Source: Octopus vulgaris (Eukaryota). From it: a stretch of 64,000 bases of DNA. The translations under genes and the position numbers were made by a program. The notes beneath the pieces were generated by a model that was given only the letters and a program-made list of their open reading frames with translations, did no database searches and was not told where the DNA came from. The DNA is taken from the NCBI GenBank assembly GCA_951406725.2, contig OX597835.1, positions 15,314,001 to 15,378,000 on the forward strand, in the 5' to 3' direction. Below are positions 1 through 12,016 of the stretch, one piece after another (the first letter of the stretch is position 1; every line of letters begins with the position of its first letter).

Positions 1-282
1 CTTACAAATAAGTTGAGGACTTCGACTTCATACCTATGGAAGCGTTCATTATAGCCTTTCACCTATATTGTTCCTTCATTCATCTCCCCCTCTTTCTCTC
101 TCTCTATCTCCATGTATCTCCCTCTCTTTCTCTTGCCTCTCTCTACCTTCATCTTTTCTTTAAATTTTTTTATCTCATCCATTATTCCATTCTCATCCCA
201 TTTACTCTGCTCTTTTCCCTTTTGACTGTTTCATCTCCTCATCCGCTCATTTATCACCCCCTCTTCTCTTCCTCTCTCTCTC

Positions 283-320
<38 letters not shown>

Positions 321-515
321 TAATCACAGAGACTTGATCGTTTCATTTTCTCGTTTTTCTCTTTCTTGTTATGAACCCCGTCTTATAAACCCTGTACTCT
401 TTCCTAAAAACTATTATACTTGGTTTTAAATTTTGGGGGTAAGCCTTTATAACATAAAGCATTTATGACACTCGCATGCATTTATATTCCTTTCTGTATT
501 ATTGTCAGTATATTT

Positions 516-897
516 GGAGGCGCAATGGCCCAGTGGTTAGGGCAGCGGACTCGCTGTCATAGGATCGCGGTTTCGATTCCCAGACCGGGCGTTGTGAGTG
601 TTTATTGAGCGAAAACACCTAAAAGCTCCAAGAGGCTCCGGCAGGGGATGGTGGTGATCCCTGCTGTACTCTTTCACCACAACTTTCTCTTACTTCCTGT
701 TTCTGTTGTACCTGTATTTCAAAGGGCCGGCCTTGTCACTCTCTGTGTCACGCTGAATTTCCCCGAGAACTACGTTAAGGGTGCACGTGTCTGTGGAGTG
801 CTCAGCCACTTACATGTTAATTTCACGAGCAGGATGTTCCGTTGATTCGGATCAACCGGAACCCTCATCGTCGTAACCGACGGAGTGCTTCCATTCC
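516..897 (+). mobile_element. tRNA-derived SINE, family A, full length
   Basis: A-box TGGCCCAGTGG, B-box GGTTTCGATTCC, flanked by 12-bp TSD ATTGTCAGTATA (501-512/898-909); near-identical copy at 37386. Confidence 0.9.
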
Positions 898-1252
898 ATT
901 GTCAGTATAGTACAGTCTGTAATGTAATTTCAATGTTTTTCACGTGGCTTAGTGGTTAGGGTGTTACCTTCATGATCGTAAAATTGTGATTTCGATTCCT
1001 GGACCGGGCGACGCGTTGTGTTCTTCAGCAAAACCCTTCAGTTCACGTCGCTCCAATCCTCGAAGGGCTGGTGTCCCATCCAGGTAGGGGAAATATATAC
1101 ACCAGAAAAACTAGGAAACAGGCCCTCTGAGTTGTTATGACTCGGGGAAGGAAATTAACTACTATATTGGGTACAGGCCTTCGTAAATATACTAGAAATA
1201 TTCTAGAAATCTAGAAATCGGCCGCAGAAACCCGCGATATACTGAGGAATCA

Positions 1253-2122
1253 GTTTCTTATTTCTTTATTGCCCACAAGGGGCTAAACATAGATGGGTCA
1301 AAGAAGGACAGACACAGGGATTAAGTCGATTACATCGACCCCAGTGCATAAATGATACTTCTTTCAGTTTCTGTCTACCAAATCCACTCACAGTGCGTAA
1401 CGGTACTTAATTTATCGACCCCGAAAGGATGAAAGGCAAAGTCGACCTCGGCGAAATTTGAACTCAGAACGTAACGGCAGATGAAATACCTATTTCTTTA
1501 CTACCCACAAGGGGCTAAACACAGAGAGGACAAACAAGGACAGACAAACGGATTAAGTCGATTAGATCGACCCCAATGCATAACTAGTACTTAATTTATC
1601 GACCCCGAAAGGATGAAAGGCAAAGTCGACCTCGGCGGAATTTGAACTCAGAACGTAGCGGTAGACGAAATACCTATTTCTTTACTACCCACAAGGGGCT
1701 ACACGCAGAGAGGACAGACAAGGACAGACAAACGGATTAAGTCGATTACATCGACCCCAGTGCGTAACTGGTACTTATTTAATCGACTCCGAAAGGATGA
1801 AAGGCAAAGTCGACCTCGGCAGAATTTGAACTCGGAACGTAGTGGCAGACGAAATACTGCTTAGCATTTCGCCCAGCGTGCTAATGTTTCTTATTTCTTT
1901 ATTGCCCACAAGGGGCTAAACATAGAGTGGACAAACAAGGACAGACTAAGGGGTTAAGTCGATTACATCGACCCCAGTGCGTTACTGGTGCTTATTTAAT
2001 CGACTCCGAAAGGATGAAAGGCAAAGTCGACCTCGGCGGAATTTGAACTCAGAACGTAACGGCAGACGAAATACCGCAAAGCATTTCGCCCGGCGTGCTA
2101 ACGTCTCGGCCAGCTCACCGCC
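1253..2122 (-). mobile_element. Tandem array of SINE family B units (about 184-bp period)
   Basis: Four head-to-tail units with core GCCTTTCATCCTTTCGGGGTCGAT and tail TTAGCCCCTTGTGGG on the minus strand; a short family C fragment lies at about 1357-1392. Confidence 0.9.
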
Positions 2123-2807
2123 TTCCACCCTATATATACAATGCAAAAACTCTCTACAGACAGCGAAAGTCAGTAAAAGAACATTTAAATATTTATTCCG
2201 TGTGTGCGGTCCGGAACTAAATGATCCCCGAACCGATGGTTGGGGATGAGGTTTGGCTTTGGTATAAATGCTTCCGGACAAAACCAATAAAATTTATTTT
2301 CATTTCGCTTCCTCTAAAATTTTGAATCTCTTGTCAGTAAATGTAGTTTATCAAGCTTTAAACCCCACACTCAGCAAATTATTTGAAGACAGACCCCCCC
2401 CCCCCAAGTGGTAAACAACTTCATATGTCAAGACTTGAATAAATACTTCCAGCCAAGAAAATATCTAAAGGATCTTTCGTATAACGTAAACTCGGAGAAA
2501 AGTTTGAATATCTCTTGAAAAGCCAGCACCAAAACCTTTTGCTCGTCCAGCGAGTATTTTTTTTTGCCTTTTACCAATACAGGAAAAAAAAACGCATAGG
2601 TAAAACAAGGCAACGAAATTCATAAAACGTGATATGTGTTAATACTATGGAATGTATGGGACGCCCAGGGTGCTATAAAATATCGAATACCTGATATAAT
2701 GCACAGACCGGGTTTGTTATTTGTTAGCCATTCATTCGTGCTATGAATCGAATGTGACGCACAGAACCACTTTATGCGAAAAATATTTTCTTGCTAAATT
2801 TCTCTCC

Positions 2808-2872
<65 letters not shown>

Positions 2873-3144
2873 TCTTTACTTTTATGTATAGCAGACTGAC
2901 GAGAAATTTGAATAAAGGTTATGCCAGAAATGCAGGAAATTTTTGTGTTTAGGAGGGGATTCTCTCATAATGTCGAGGTCGAATAAGATTCACCCGTGAA
3001 TGAATCGCTGTAACCTCATTTTATTACACAGAATCATCTGAAAGAGATTTAGGAAGATTCCGAATACATAACAGAGCTACTAAAAGAACTTCAACAAGTC
3101 AACAGAAAACAGAAATAATTGCACCTACAAGGGAACAGCAATGT

Positions 3145-3450
3145 GCTGCTTCCCAACCACATGGGTCCAGGTTCAGTCCCACTGCGTGGTACCTTGGACA
3201 AGTGTCTGCTACTATAGCCCCAGGGCTACCAGAGCGTCGCAAGTTGATTTGGTAGATGGAAACTGAAAGAAGCCCATTTTATGGGTAGGCGTTGGCGTGA
3301 TTGTATAGTAAGAAATTTGCTTCCCAGCCACATCACTCCGAGTTCAGTCCCATTGCATGGCACCTTGGGCAAGTGTCTTCTACTATTGCCTCAGGTCAAC
3401 CAGAGCTTTGTGATGGATTTGGTTGACGGAAACTGACAGAAGCCCGTCGA
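3145..3450 (+). mobile_element. Two truncated SINE family C copies
   Basis: GGTTCAGTCCCACTGCGTGG-ACCTTGG-CAAGTGTC (CORE-like) ... GGAAACTGAAAGAAGCCC occurs twice. Confidence 0.8.
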
Positions 3451-3669
3451 TCACACTGATGAACTGCGGACATTTACGCAAGTACTACGTAAGTGGTAAC
3501 AATGGAACCGGGCTTGTGATTAATCTTTATATTTTCTATCTTTTCATTTGTCTTGCTCGCTTACGTTCTGGCGTTTGCTGAATTTTCTTGAGAACAATCT
3601 TTTCTTGGTAGTCAGACATCTAGCATAATGGATGTCCACTTGGTGGTCATCCCACTTATATATATGTAA

Positions 3670-4079
3670 CTAGCAGTATCGCCCGGCGTTGCTCGGGTTT
3701 GTAAGGGAAATAACTATATAAGCATTTTTAGAGATGTAAAGTATAATAGCCATCTCAATATGGCTAACCAAAAAGGGGGTGGTGTTACTGTAGCTTTTTA
3801 CGTTCTGAGATTTAATAAAAACATTTTTAGAGAGTTACTTCCCTTATATATGCCAAAAATGCATTAAAAATGGGAAAAATTTATGGTAATTTTTTTTAAT
3901 CGTAGACTCATCGTAGACGCGCGCTAATACCCAGAAGGGCACGATATGAATCACGACTATAAGATACCCGGTTTTGGTTAAACTGCACCGCAAAATGTGG
4001 GAGTAGTTAGGAATCTAAATCGTAGGAGACAGACAGCACACAACCTCACTTTTATAAACCTCACTTTTATATATAAAGA
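3670..4079 (-). mobile_element. Non-autonomous Helitron
   Basis: On minus: 5' TC start, subterminal hairpin CCCGAGCAACGCCGGG, CTAG end, inserted between A and T with no TSD; sister copy at 28880. Confidence 0.85.
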
Positions 4080-4280
4080 TATAATTTTTCTGAATCTTCA
4101 TATTTTTCAATATGCTAGGCCACTGGTTTTAAATTGATATTAATCAAATTAATATTCAATTTTTCACCCTTATTATTTAAATTTAAATAACCATGTTCTC
4201 TAACCGGCAAAATTCATTGAAGTGACTTATTTTCTGCAGAATCATTTCCGGTATTTTCACTTCCTCGTCACTGGAATAAT

Positions 4281-4579
4281 TTAGCGCCTTGAGACTATCA
4301 CCTCTTCGGCCCCATGAAAGAGGGATCGGGAGGCAAACGAGGAAGTGAAAACTGTAGTGAAGAAGTGGCTCAAAGAACAGTCAACAGAATTTTACTGGGC
4401 AGGGATACATGCTCTCATTCGAAGGTGGAACATTGTTATTGAGAGAAACGGTGACTATGTTGAGAAGTAAGGCTGTGATCCACAGAGGACCAGCTTCATT
4501 TTGATGTATGATACATGTTCCTGTGTTGGTAATTATACCTGTCCTAAAGAAAATGGCATTACCTTTTGACTCACCCTCG
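4281..4579 (+). pseudogene. Mariner transposase C-terminal remnant plus right end/TIR
   Basis: Translates LAP*DYHLFGPMKEG...EEVKTVVKKWLKEQSTEFYWAGIHALIRRWNIVIERNGDYVEK* (stop at 4470), the mariner (YSPD)LAPxDY and GDY motifs; ends TTTTGACTCACCCTCG|TA. Confidence 0.9.
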
Positions 4580-5126
4580 TATATGTCTGTGTGTGTGTAT
4601 TAGAGAGGGAGAGAGAGAGGGAGAGAGGGAGGGAGAGAGGGAGGGAGAGAGGGAGGGAGAGAGGGGGGATATAAGGGGAGAGGGAGAGAGAGAAGGGGGA
4701 GGGAGAGGGAGAGAGAGAAAGGGAGAGGGAGAGAGAGAAGTGTAGAGAGAGAGAGATTACATTACACAACTAAAGAAAAATATTCATTAAAGACGATGAT
4801 TCATTTGAAGATCTCGTTCAGTAAATTATGCCAAGGCGAAGGAAATATCCAAGATTGAAAATGTCAGATTTTATGAAATAGAAAAATGATGCCACTGCTT
4901 GTTTATATAATTTATGTTTTCAGGAGGGATCTTTGTTTTTTTGTTGGTTTTTTTTTTGTGATTATTATTTCTCTGCAAAGTGCAGAAAATGAAATTATTG
5001 ATGAATTCATTACAAATTGCAGATATTTTTGCAAATGCAAATACCGAACATGCAACTGATATTTTAAGGTTAGCTTGAAAGAAATATCACACACGCACAC
5101 ACACATACACACATGCGCATATGCAT

Positions 5127-5179
<53 letters not shown>

Positions 5180-5493
5180 CATATATACATAAATACTTAT
5201 GTATGCATATATATATATATATATGTATATGTATGTATATGTATGCATGCATATATATAGATATAAGCATAAGTGTTGATGTATATAAAATATATGTGTG
5301 TATGCATATATGTATGTATGCATATATGTATGTATGCATATGTATACGTATGTGTATATATATACACACACATATATATATATATATTGTGTGTACATAT
5401 ATATAAATATTTACACACACACATATACTTATATATGTGTGTGTATATGCATACACACATATATTTTATATAATCTACACTTGTATATATATT

Positions 5494-5570
<77 letters not shown>

Positions 5571-6042
5571 GAGTATACGTGTTTATTCGTGATTATATAT
5601 ATATATATACACGAAAATATCATTGGTGATCTATTTGTTTCTTATCTGCAGAGAAACTTAATGCTTACTCTATGAAATTACTGGATTTCATGAACGAAAT
5701 TAAAACTACTCGGAGCGTGCGGAGCGGGAGGCCGCATATATATTAATTTTTAGTATATACGTCCGATAAGGAGACACTGCAATAAAACATTAAATCAAAT
5801 ACTAGGAATAAAAAATGTGATGTTATCATCGTTTGTCAGAGGCGAAACGAAAGCATAAATATTTCGATACATTACGGTTTTGTTTTGTTTTGTTTTGTTT
5901 ATATTTATGAAATTGAATGAATATCGGAGAAAAATAGATTTTTTTGTAGGAATGTGGAGATCTAAATTATCATATATAAAATATGAAACACACCATGAAA
6001 TGTAATGAAATGCGATTTCGTACATATAACACATATACACTC

Positions 6043-6089
<47 letters not shown>

Positions 6090-6199
6090 TAGTGTTGACT
6101 GTCAGAAAAAAGGCCACTCAGTACGATTGTAGAGATTAATTATATATCTTATTTTGGTATGTGTGTATATATATATATATATACATTTATATATATATG

Positions 6200-6260
<61 letters not shown>

Positions 6261-6530
6261 CGATGTTCAAACGATGAATAGCTTTGCGTAAATCATGGTC
6301 TGTTTTGTTCTCTTACTTTATTATCATCTTATAATCATCTCATAATAATGACTTTTATGACTCGTATTACTACCTCAGTCAATCTAAATGTATATATTTG
6401 TCGTTACCTGTCATAAATAGCCTTTTTTTTCTTTGCAATGTGCATTTTCGTTGATTTTTCATATTTTACCCTTACATTTCCACGTGTTATTTATATATTT
6501 TTTTATATTTTCTTTTCGTAACATATTTCT

Positions 6531-6593
<63 letters not shown>

Positions 6594-6599
<6 letters not shown>

Positions 6600-6790
6600 G
6601 AAAGAAGGTTTGAAAATGCAATTTAAAAGATGTTTATTTACTTGACACGTGTTTCAGGATCATTGTCCTTCATCGGCCTAGTCTGACCGGTGTCTGCTAC
6701 TCTAGGCCGATGAAGGACAATGATCCTGAAACACGTGTCAAGTAAATAAACATCTTTTAAATTGCATTTTCAAACCTTCTTTCGTATATA
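6594..6790. mobile_element. Penelope-like pLTR fold-back with degenerate hammerhead motif in each arm
   Basis: Essentially perfect arms of about 88 bp, 20-nt spacer, set in (TA)n; the arm contains CCGATGA-AGGA..TCCT-GAAAC-ACGT-GTC followed by AATAAA. Confidence 0.7.
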
Positions 6791-6825
6791 ATTCCACTCG
6801 TGCGGTACCCCACAACTCCACTTTG

Positions 6826-6870
<45 letters not shown>

Positions 6871-6900
6871 TATTACATGAATACATACATAGATACACTT

Positions 6901-7195
6901 ATGATGATTGCTGTCCACTCGTGACCGAGGAATACCATTAATGACTACTTAGAACATTGTGCATTCAGATAGAATTTTACTTTATACTTGTGTCTCCGCT
7001 GATGACTAATGAGCCCAGCTTTTGAGAAACACAGACGTCTGCAGGAACTGCAGACAAAACTTCCCATATTCACTATACTCCTTTCCTCCATTGGCGATGA
7101 CAAGTATCGCCTTTTCAGCTGACCTTCCATATTTCACATGCATTCAATGAGGATTTTATGCGATTGAGTTAGACATGGCCTGGGCCTATACTGGC
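6901..7195 (-). pseudogene. LINE 3' end with C-terminal CCHH zinc finger (RTE-type)
   Basis: ORF 6945..7130 contains FVCSSCRRLCFSKAGLISHQRRH, then a short 3' UTR and (CAT)n tail. Confidence 0.65.
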
Positions 7196-7210
7196 CGAAA
7201 CCTATCAAAG

Positions 7211-7264
<54 letters not shown>

Positions 7265-7728
7265 TGTTGAAGATTTTTTTCGCATTAATTATTCAATATA
7301 TTAAACAAAACGCACATCCTACGTGCACTGCTTTAACTAAATTTCTTTAACGACCGATTCACCTCAAATCTTCGTTATCTAGATTACCTAAAATGTTCGA
7401 TCAAATAACTGTATTGTTTTTATCTCCCTTGTTTGTAGCTTTTAAATGACAAACATACCTAGAAGGGGTGGGGGGTTTTCATGTAATTTATTGGATACTT
7501 GAAGACAGTTTTATTTCATCTTATGCATCATAAATGCGAGATCTTACTGTATTTATCTAAAACTCCCATTGGTTGCTTTCTAAACATCAAGAATATATTT
7601 AACAAATCAACAACAAGTGTAAACAATTTCAGAAAGAAATAGTAATAGGTGTATATTAAAATGATCACTTAAGAAGATCTCGTTATTGAACAGAAGGAAA
7701 TATTTAGTATGCACACACATGCATAAAT

Positions 7729-7763
<35 letters not shown>

Positions 7764-8036
7764 AACACGTATATACACCAACGAATATATACAGATAGAT
7801 AGACAGACAGACAGGCAGATAGAGAGATAGAGAGATATGTTTATACATATAATTATAAGTAGGTATATATATATATATGCATACATATACATTATACATG
7901 TATGCATATATATATCTACATATATGTGTATACACGCATATATGTGTGCGTGTATGTATGTATAAACATATATATAGTCGGTGTTTTTTCAGGCAAATAA
8001 CGAGCTCTACTTTTATACATGCACACACAAACACAC

Positions 8037-8106
<70 letters not shown>

Positions 8107-8125
8107 GTATATATATATGTATATA

Positions 8126-8242
<117 letters not shown>

Positions 8243-8289
8243 AGCATGACCGCGGCCGCATGGCTGAAACTAGTAAAAAAGTAAAAGAG

Positions 8290-8341
<52 letters not shown>

Positions 8342-8376
8342 CATATATATATGTCTGTGCATATATATATATATAC

Positions 8377-8424
<48 letters not shown>

Positions 8425-8529
8425 GTATGTATATATTTGTATGTATGTATTTATGTATGTATGTATATGTCTGTGTGTGAGTGTGTGTGTGAGTGAGAGT
8501 GGCGTGCGTGTTGTGTGTGTGTGTGCGTG

Positions 8530-8590
<61 letters not shown>

Positions 8591-9557
8591 GCGTGTGTAA
8601 TGACTTGATAAGGATATCCAAGTTGACTCATTTGTGTACGAAGCGAAAAGCATCGAAACAAGTCGATAATTGCTTTCGCTACTTCAGGAGCTGATAATTA
8701 ATCTGTTCTTCACACTAAATTAAAAAGATAATTGTAAAAAAAAAATAAATAAATAAATTTCAAGAAAGCACAGAGATAAGACAATATCCATATTCCAGTT
8801 AATGACATCAAACAGCGGATAAATTTTAAAAGAGATAACAAAATATATATAAAATGTCAGAGAAGGCCATCAGAATGGCGTCCCTGTCAAAATCTAGATT
8901 CGAATCATATGCAATTTATATGCAATCAAAGGATGGCTTTTTGCTTTCACAATTATCATAATGTCTAAAGATCATAAAATAGAGAATCATAAATTGATCG
9001 CTATGTATTACAAAATATTTCAAATGTTATACTGAAAATTATACAGAGCTAGCTGCACCTGGAGAGCATAGAAATTTTATCATCAAATGGCGAAGAAAAT
9101 AACAAGGAGCTGAATACCGGAATATATGAATAGAAGAACATTATTTAGAATTACTGAATATTACCTTGATAATTCTATCGTGTTTTCAACAAAGTTGCAT
9201 TCGATATTCCTTAGAATTAAGCACTAAAGAAAATCCGAAATAAGCTCGGGTGAAAAATTGTTGATATGAAATGAAAACGGGTAAATTTATTTGAAATATT
9301 TTTTACATTACTCAAAATTTTAATACACCGGGTGGATGTAACTAAAGTGGGGTTTTTTCCATCTACTGAAACGAGTAAAAATAGCGAGTAAAAGAGTACC
9401 ATTTTCATCATGAAACCATCTTAGTTTAAGTAAAGTACTAAATTTTCTCTTCGATATTTCCAACATTTCCTGTATCAGATAAACCAAAATCCAAGGAGAA
9501 TATTTATGGTGGACTGCGAAAACACCCCCCCACACACACACACACAGAAAGAGTATA

Positions 9558-9761
9558 ATGAAATTGCCGTGGTGAGTGAGATGTCCAACGTTTCGGACTA
9601 GGTCCTTCTTCAGAGTAACGGCAACGGAAGAGCAAGAAAAGAAAGACGGCAGAGGCTATAAAACTCTACTGTCTTTCTTTCATTTTCCCCCAGTCAACCT
9701 CACCGTGAAAGAGAACTATATCCGAAACGTTGAACACTCCACCCCGCACGGTAATTTCACT
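9558..9761. mobile_element. Small inverted-repeat element with hammerhead-like motifs (PLE-derived)
   Basis: Minus arm reads CTGAAGA-AGGAC-CTA-GTCC-GAAAC-GTT; a diverged inverted arm lies at about 9700-9761; same family as 18748-19057. Confidence 0.6.
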
Positions 9762-9980
9762 GTATTAATACAGGTTTCAAATTTTTCGCACAAGGCCAGC
9801 AATTTCGGACGAGTGGTTAAGTCGATTACATCGATCCCAATACTTAACTGGTACGTATTTTATCGACCTCAAAAGGATGACAGCTAAATCGACCTCGGCG
9901 GAATTTCAACTCAGAACGTAAAGACGGACGAAATGCCATTAAACACTTGTCCGGCGTGCTAACGATTCTAAGCTAGTCTC

Positions 9981-10375
9981 TATTACTTGTTTCAGTCATT
10001 TGACTGCGGCCATGCTGGAGCACCGCCTTTAGTCGAGCAAATCGACCCCGGAACTTATTCTTTGTAAGCCCAGTACTTATTCTATCGGTCTCTTTTGCCG
10101 AACCGCTAATGTTACGGGGACGTAAACACACCAGCATCGGTTGTCAGGCAATGCTAGGGGGACAAACACAGACACACAAACAAACACACATACATATATA
10201 TATGCATATATACGACAGGCTTCTTTCAGTTTCCGTCTAACAAATCCACTCACAAGGCATTGGTCGGCCCGGTGCTATAGCAGAAGACACTTGCCCAAGA
10301 TGCCACGCAGTGGAACTGAACCCGGAACCATGTGGTTGGTTAGCAAGCTACTTACCACACAGCCACTCCTGCGCC
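9981..10375 (-). mobile_element. SINE family C, full length
   Basis: tRNA-like head GGCGCAGGAGTGGCTGTGTGGTAAG..GGGTTCAGT, CORE-like CTTGGGCAAGTGTCTT, internal (TG)n, tail GACTGAAACAAGTAA. Confidence 0.9.
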
Positions 10376-10477
10376 CAGTCTGCTGAAGAAAATTCAATAG
10401 ATAGCTCTGATCTTAACTGAAAAGCATGTAAACAATTTTAATTTAAATTACGTCCATGTTTAGAAGAAACAACTATT

Positions 10478-10767
10478 CTTTTCTACTCTAGGTCGACTTT
10501 CCTTTCATCCTTTTGAGGTCGATAAAGTACCAGTTGCGTACTGGTGTCGATCTAATTGACTGGTCTCCTCCTCCAAAATAATGCCCGAAATTTTGGAGGA
10601 GGAGACCAGTCAATTAGATCGACACCAGTACGCAACTGGTACTTTATCGACCTCGAAAGGATGAAAGGAAAGTCGACCTCGGCGGAATTTGAACTCAGAT
10701 CGTAAAGGCAGACGAAATACCGCTAAGCATTTTGCCCGGTGTGCTAACGTTTCTGCCAGCTCGCCGC
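10478..10767 (-). mobile_element. SINE family B with internal 90-bp inverted duplication
   Basis: TSD (C)AACTATT at both ends; arms at 10490-10579 and 10590-10679. Confidence 0.85.
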
Positions 10768-10849
10768 AACTATTGTCGTAATAACTAATTCTGGTAAGGA
10801 CAGGCAGGGGAGATAACTCTGGAATTTAAATTGAATTGAGGGAGAGAAT

Positions 10850-11105
10850 TGTGAATGAGTGAGTGAGTAAGGGATAGAGGGAAGGAGGGAGAAGTGAGTG
10901 AGTAACTCAAGGGAGAGGAAGAAAGTGACTGGGTGAGTGAGTGGATGAATGAGTGGCTGAGAGGACGAAAGAATGGAATATATGAGTGAGTGAGTGAGTG
11001 AGTGAGAGAGTGAGTGAGTGAGTGAGTGAGTGAGTGAGTGAGTGAGTGAGTGAGTGAGTGAGTGAGTGAATAAGGAGAGAAGGAGGAAATGAGGGAAGGA
11101 GAGAG
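10850..11105. repeat. (GTGA)n and purine-rich microsatellite
   Basis: Long GAGT tetranucleotide run. Confidence 0.9.
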
Positions 11106-11467
11106 CACCTTTGCTCTTGTAATGGTGGCAAATTCCGATATGTTTTATTATGAGTGACGCTTAACTAGAAAAGTACATAGAATATTCGTGAATGAACGTA
11201 GAAAGTGGGTTTTAACATAATATAGCAATAGGACAAAAATACCCAGGGACGCCTGCTGGATGAAAAATAAACTACACTGACTCTCACAGTCACTGAGGAT
11301 ATCCTTATAGTTTTCTTTCACAAATGGCTACAAATAAAGACATGAATGCCACCGGAAGTACCGTAACACTAATGTTTGATTTCCTTAACGCTAAAGGGTG
11401 AGATTCAAGTCTTTTCTTGTTGTCTTGTATTTTTCTTACATTAATATTGTCCGAACACAAAGCTCAA

Positions 11468-12016
11468 CAAATATATGCAAATTTATGCAAGTTTATGCAA
11501 ATATATGATGTATGACTTATTAAATAATGGTACGGTTGAAATGCAATGTTCGACAAATATATTCAAATATATGCAAATACGGAATGTATGGTCTGTTTAT
11601 ATTAATACAACTGAAAAGAAAATGTCAAAAGGTGTATGCAAATATATGTAAATATAAGATGTATGGCTTTATATATTAATTTAGTTGAAATACAACGTTC
11701 AATAAATATACGCAAAGCTATGCCAATAAATGCAAATATAGGCTTATGGCTTGCTCATATTAATACATTCATAGCAGTATGGTGGTCAGATATATGCAAA
11801 TATATGCAAATATAAGATATATGGCTTGTTCATACTAAGACAGTATAAATACAATATTTGGTAAATATATAGAAATATATGCAAATATGATATGTATGGC
11901 TTGTTCATATCAGTACACCTGAAATATATGCAAATATATGATGTATGGTTTATTCATGTCAATACACCTGAAATATATGCAAATATATTCAAATATATGT
12001 CCACATATGATGTATG
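11468..12016. repeat. Degenerate tandem repeat (about 60-bp period) rich in ATATGCAAAT
   Basis: Recurrent AAATATATGCAAATAT..GATGTATGG blocks. Confidence 0.75.

Noticed and set aside
516-590. Possible tRNA gene
   Set aside because: It is the head of a TSD-flanked SINE and lacks a proper acceptor stem.
9217-9411. 64-aa ORF with a signal-peptide-like start
   Set aside because: Short and AT-rich with no recognisable mature domain; hydrophobic starts are common by chance.
10141-10386. Recurrent ORF family [27 protein letters not shown]
   Set aside because: It is the antisense translation of SINE family C copies, not a gene family.
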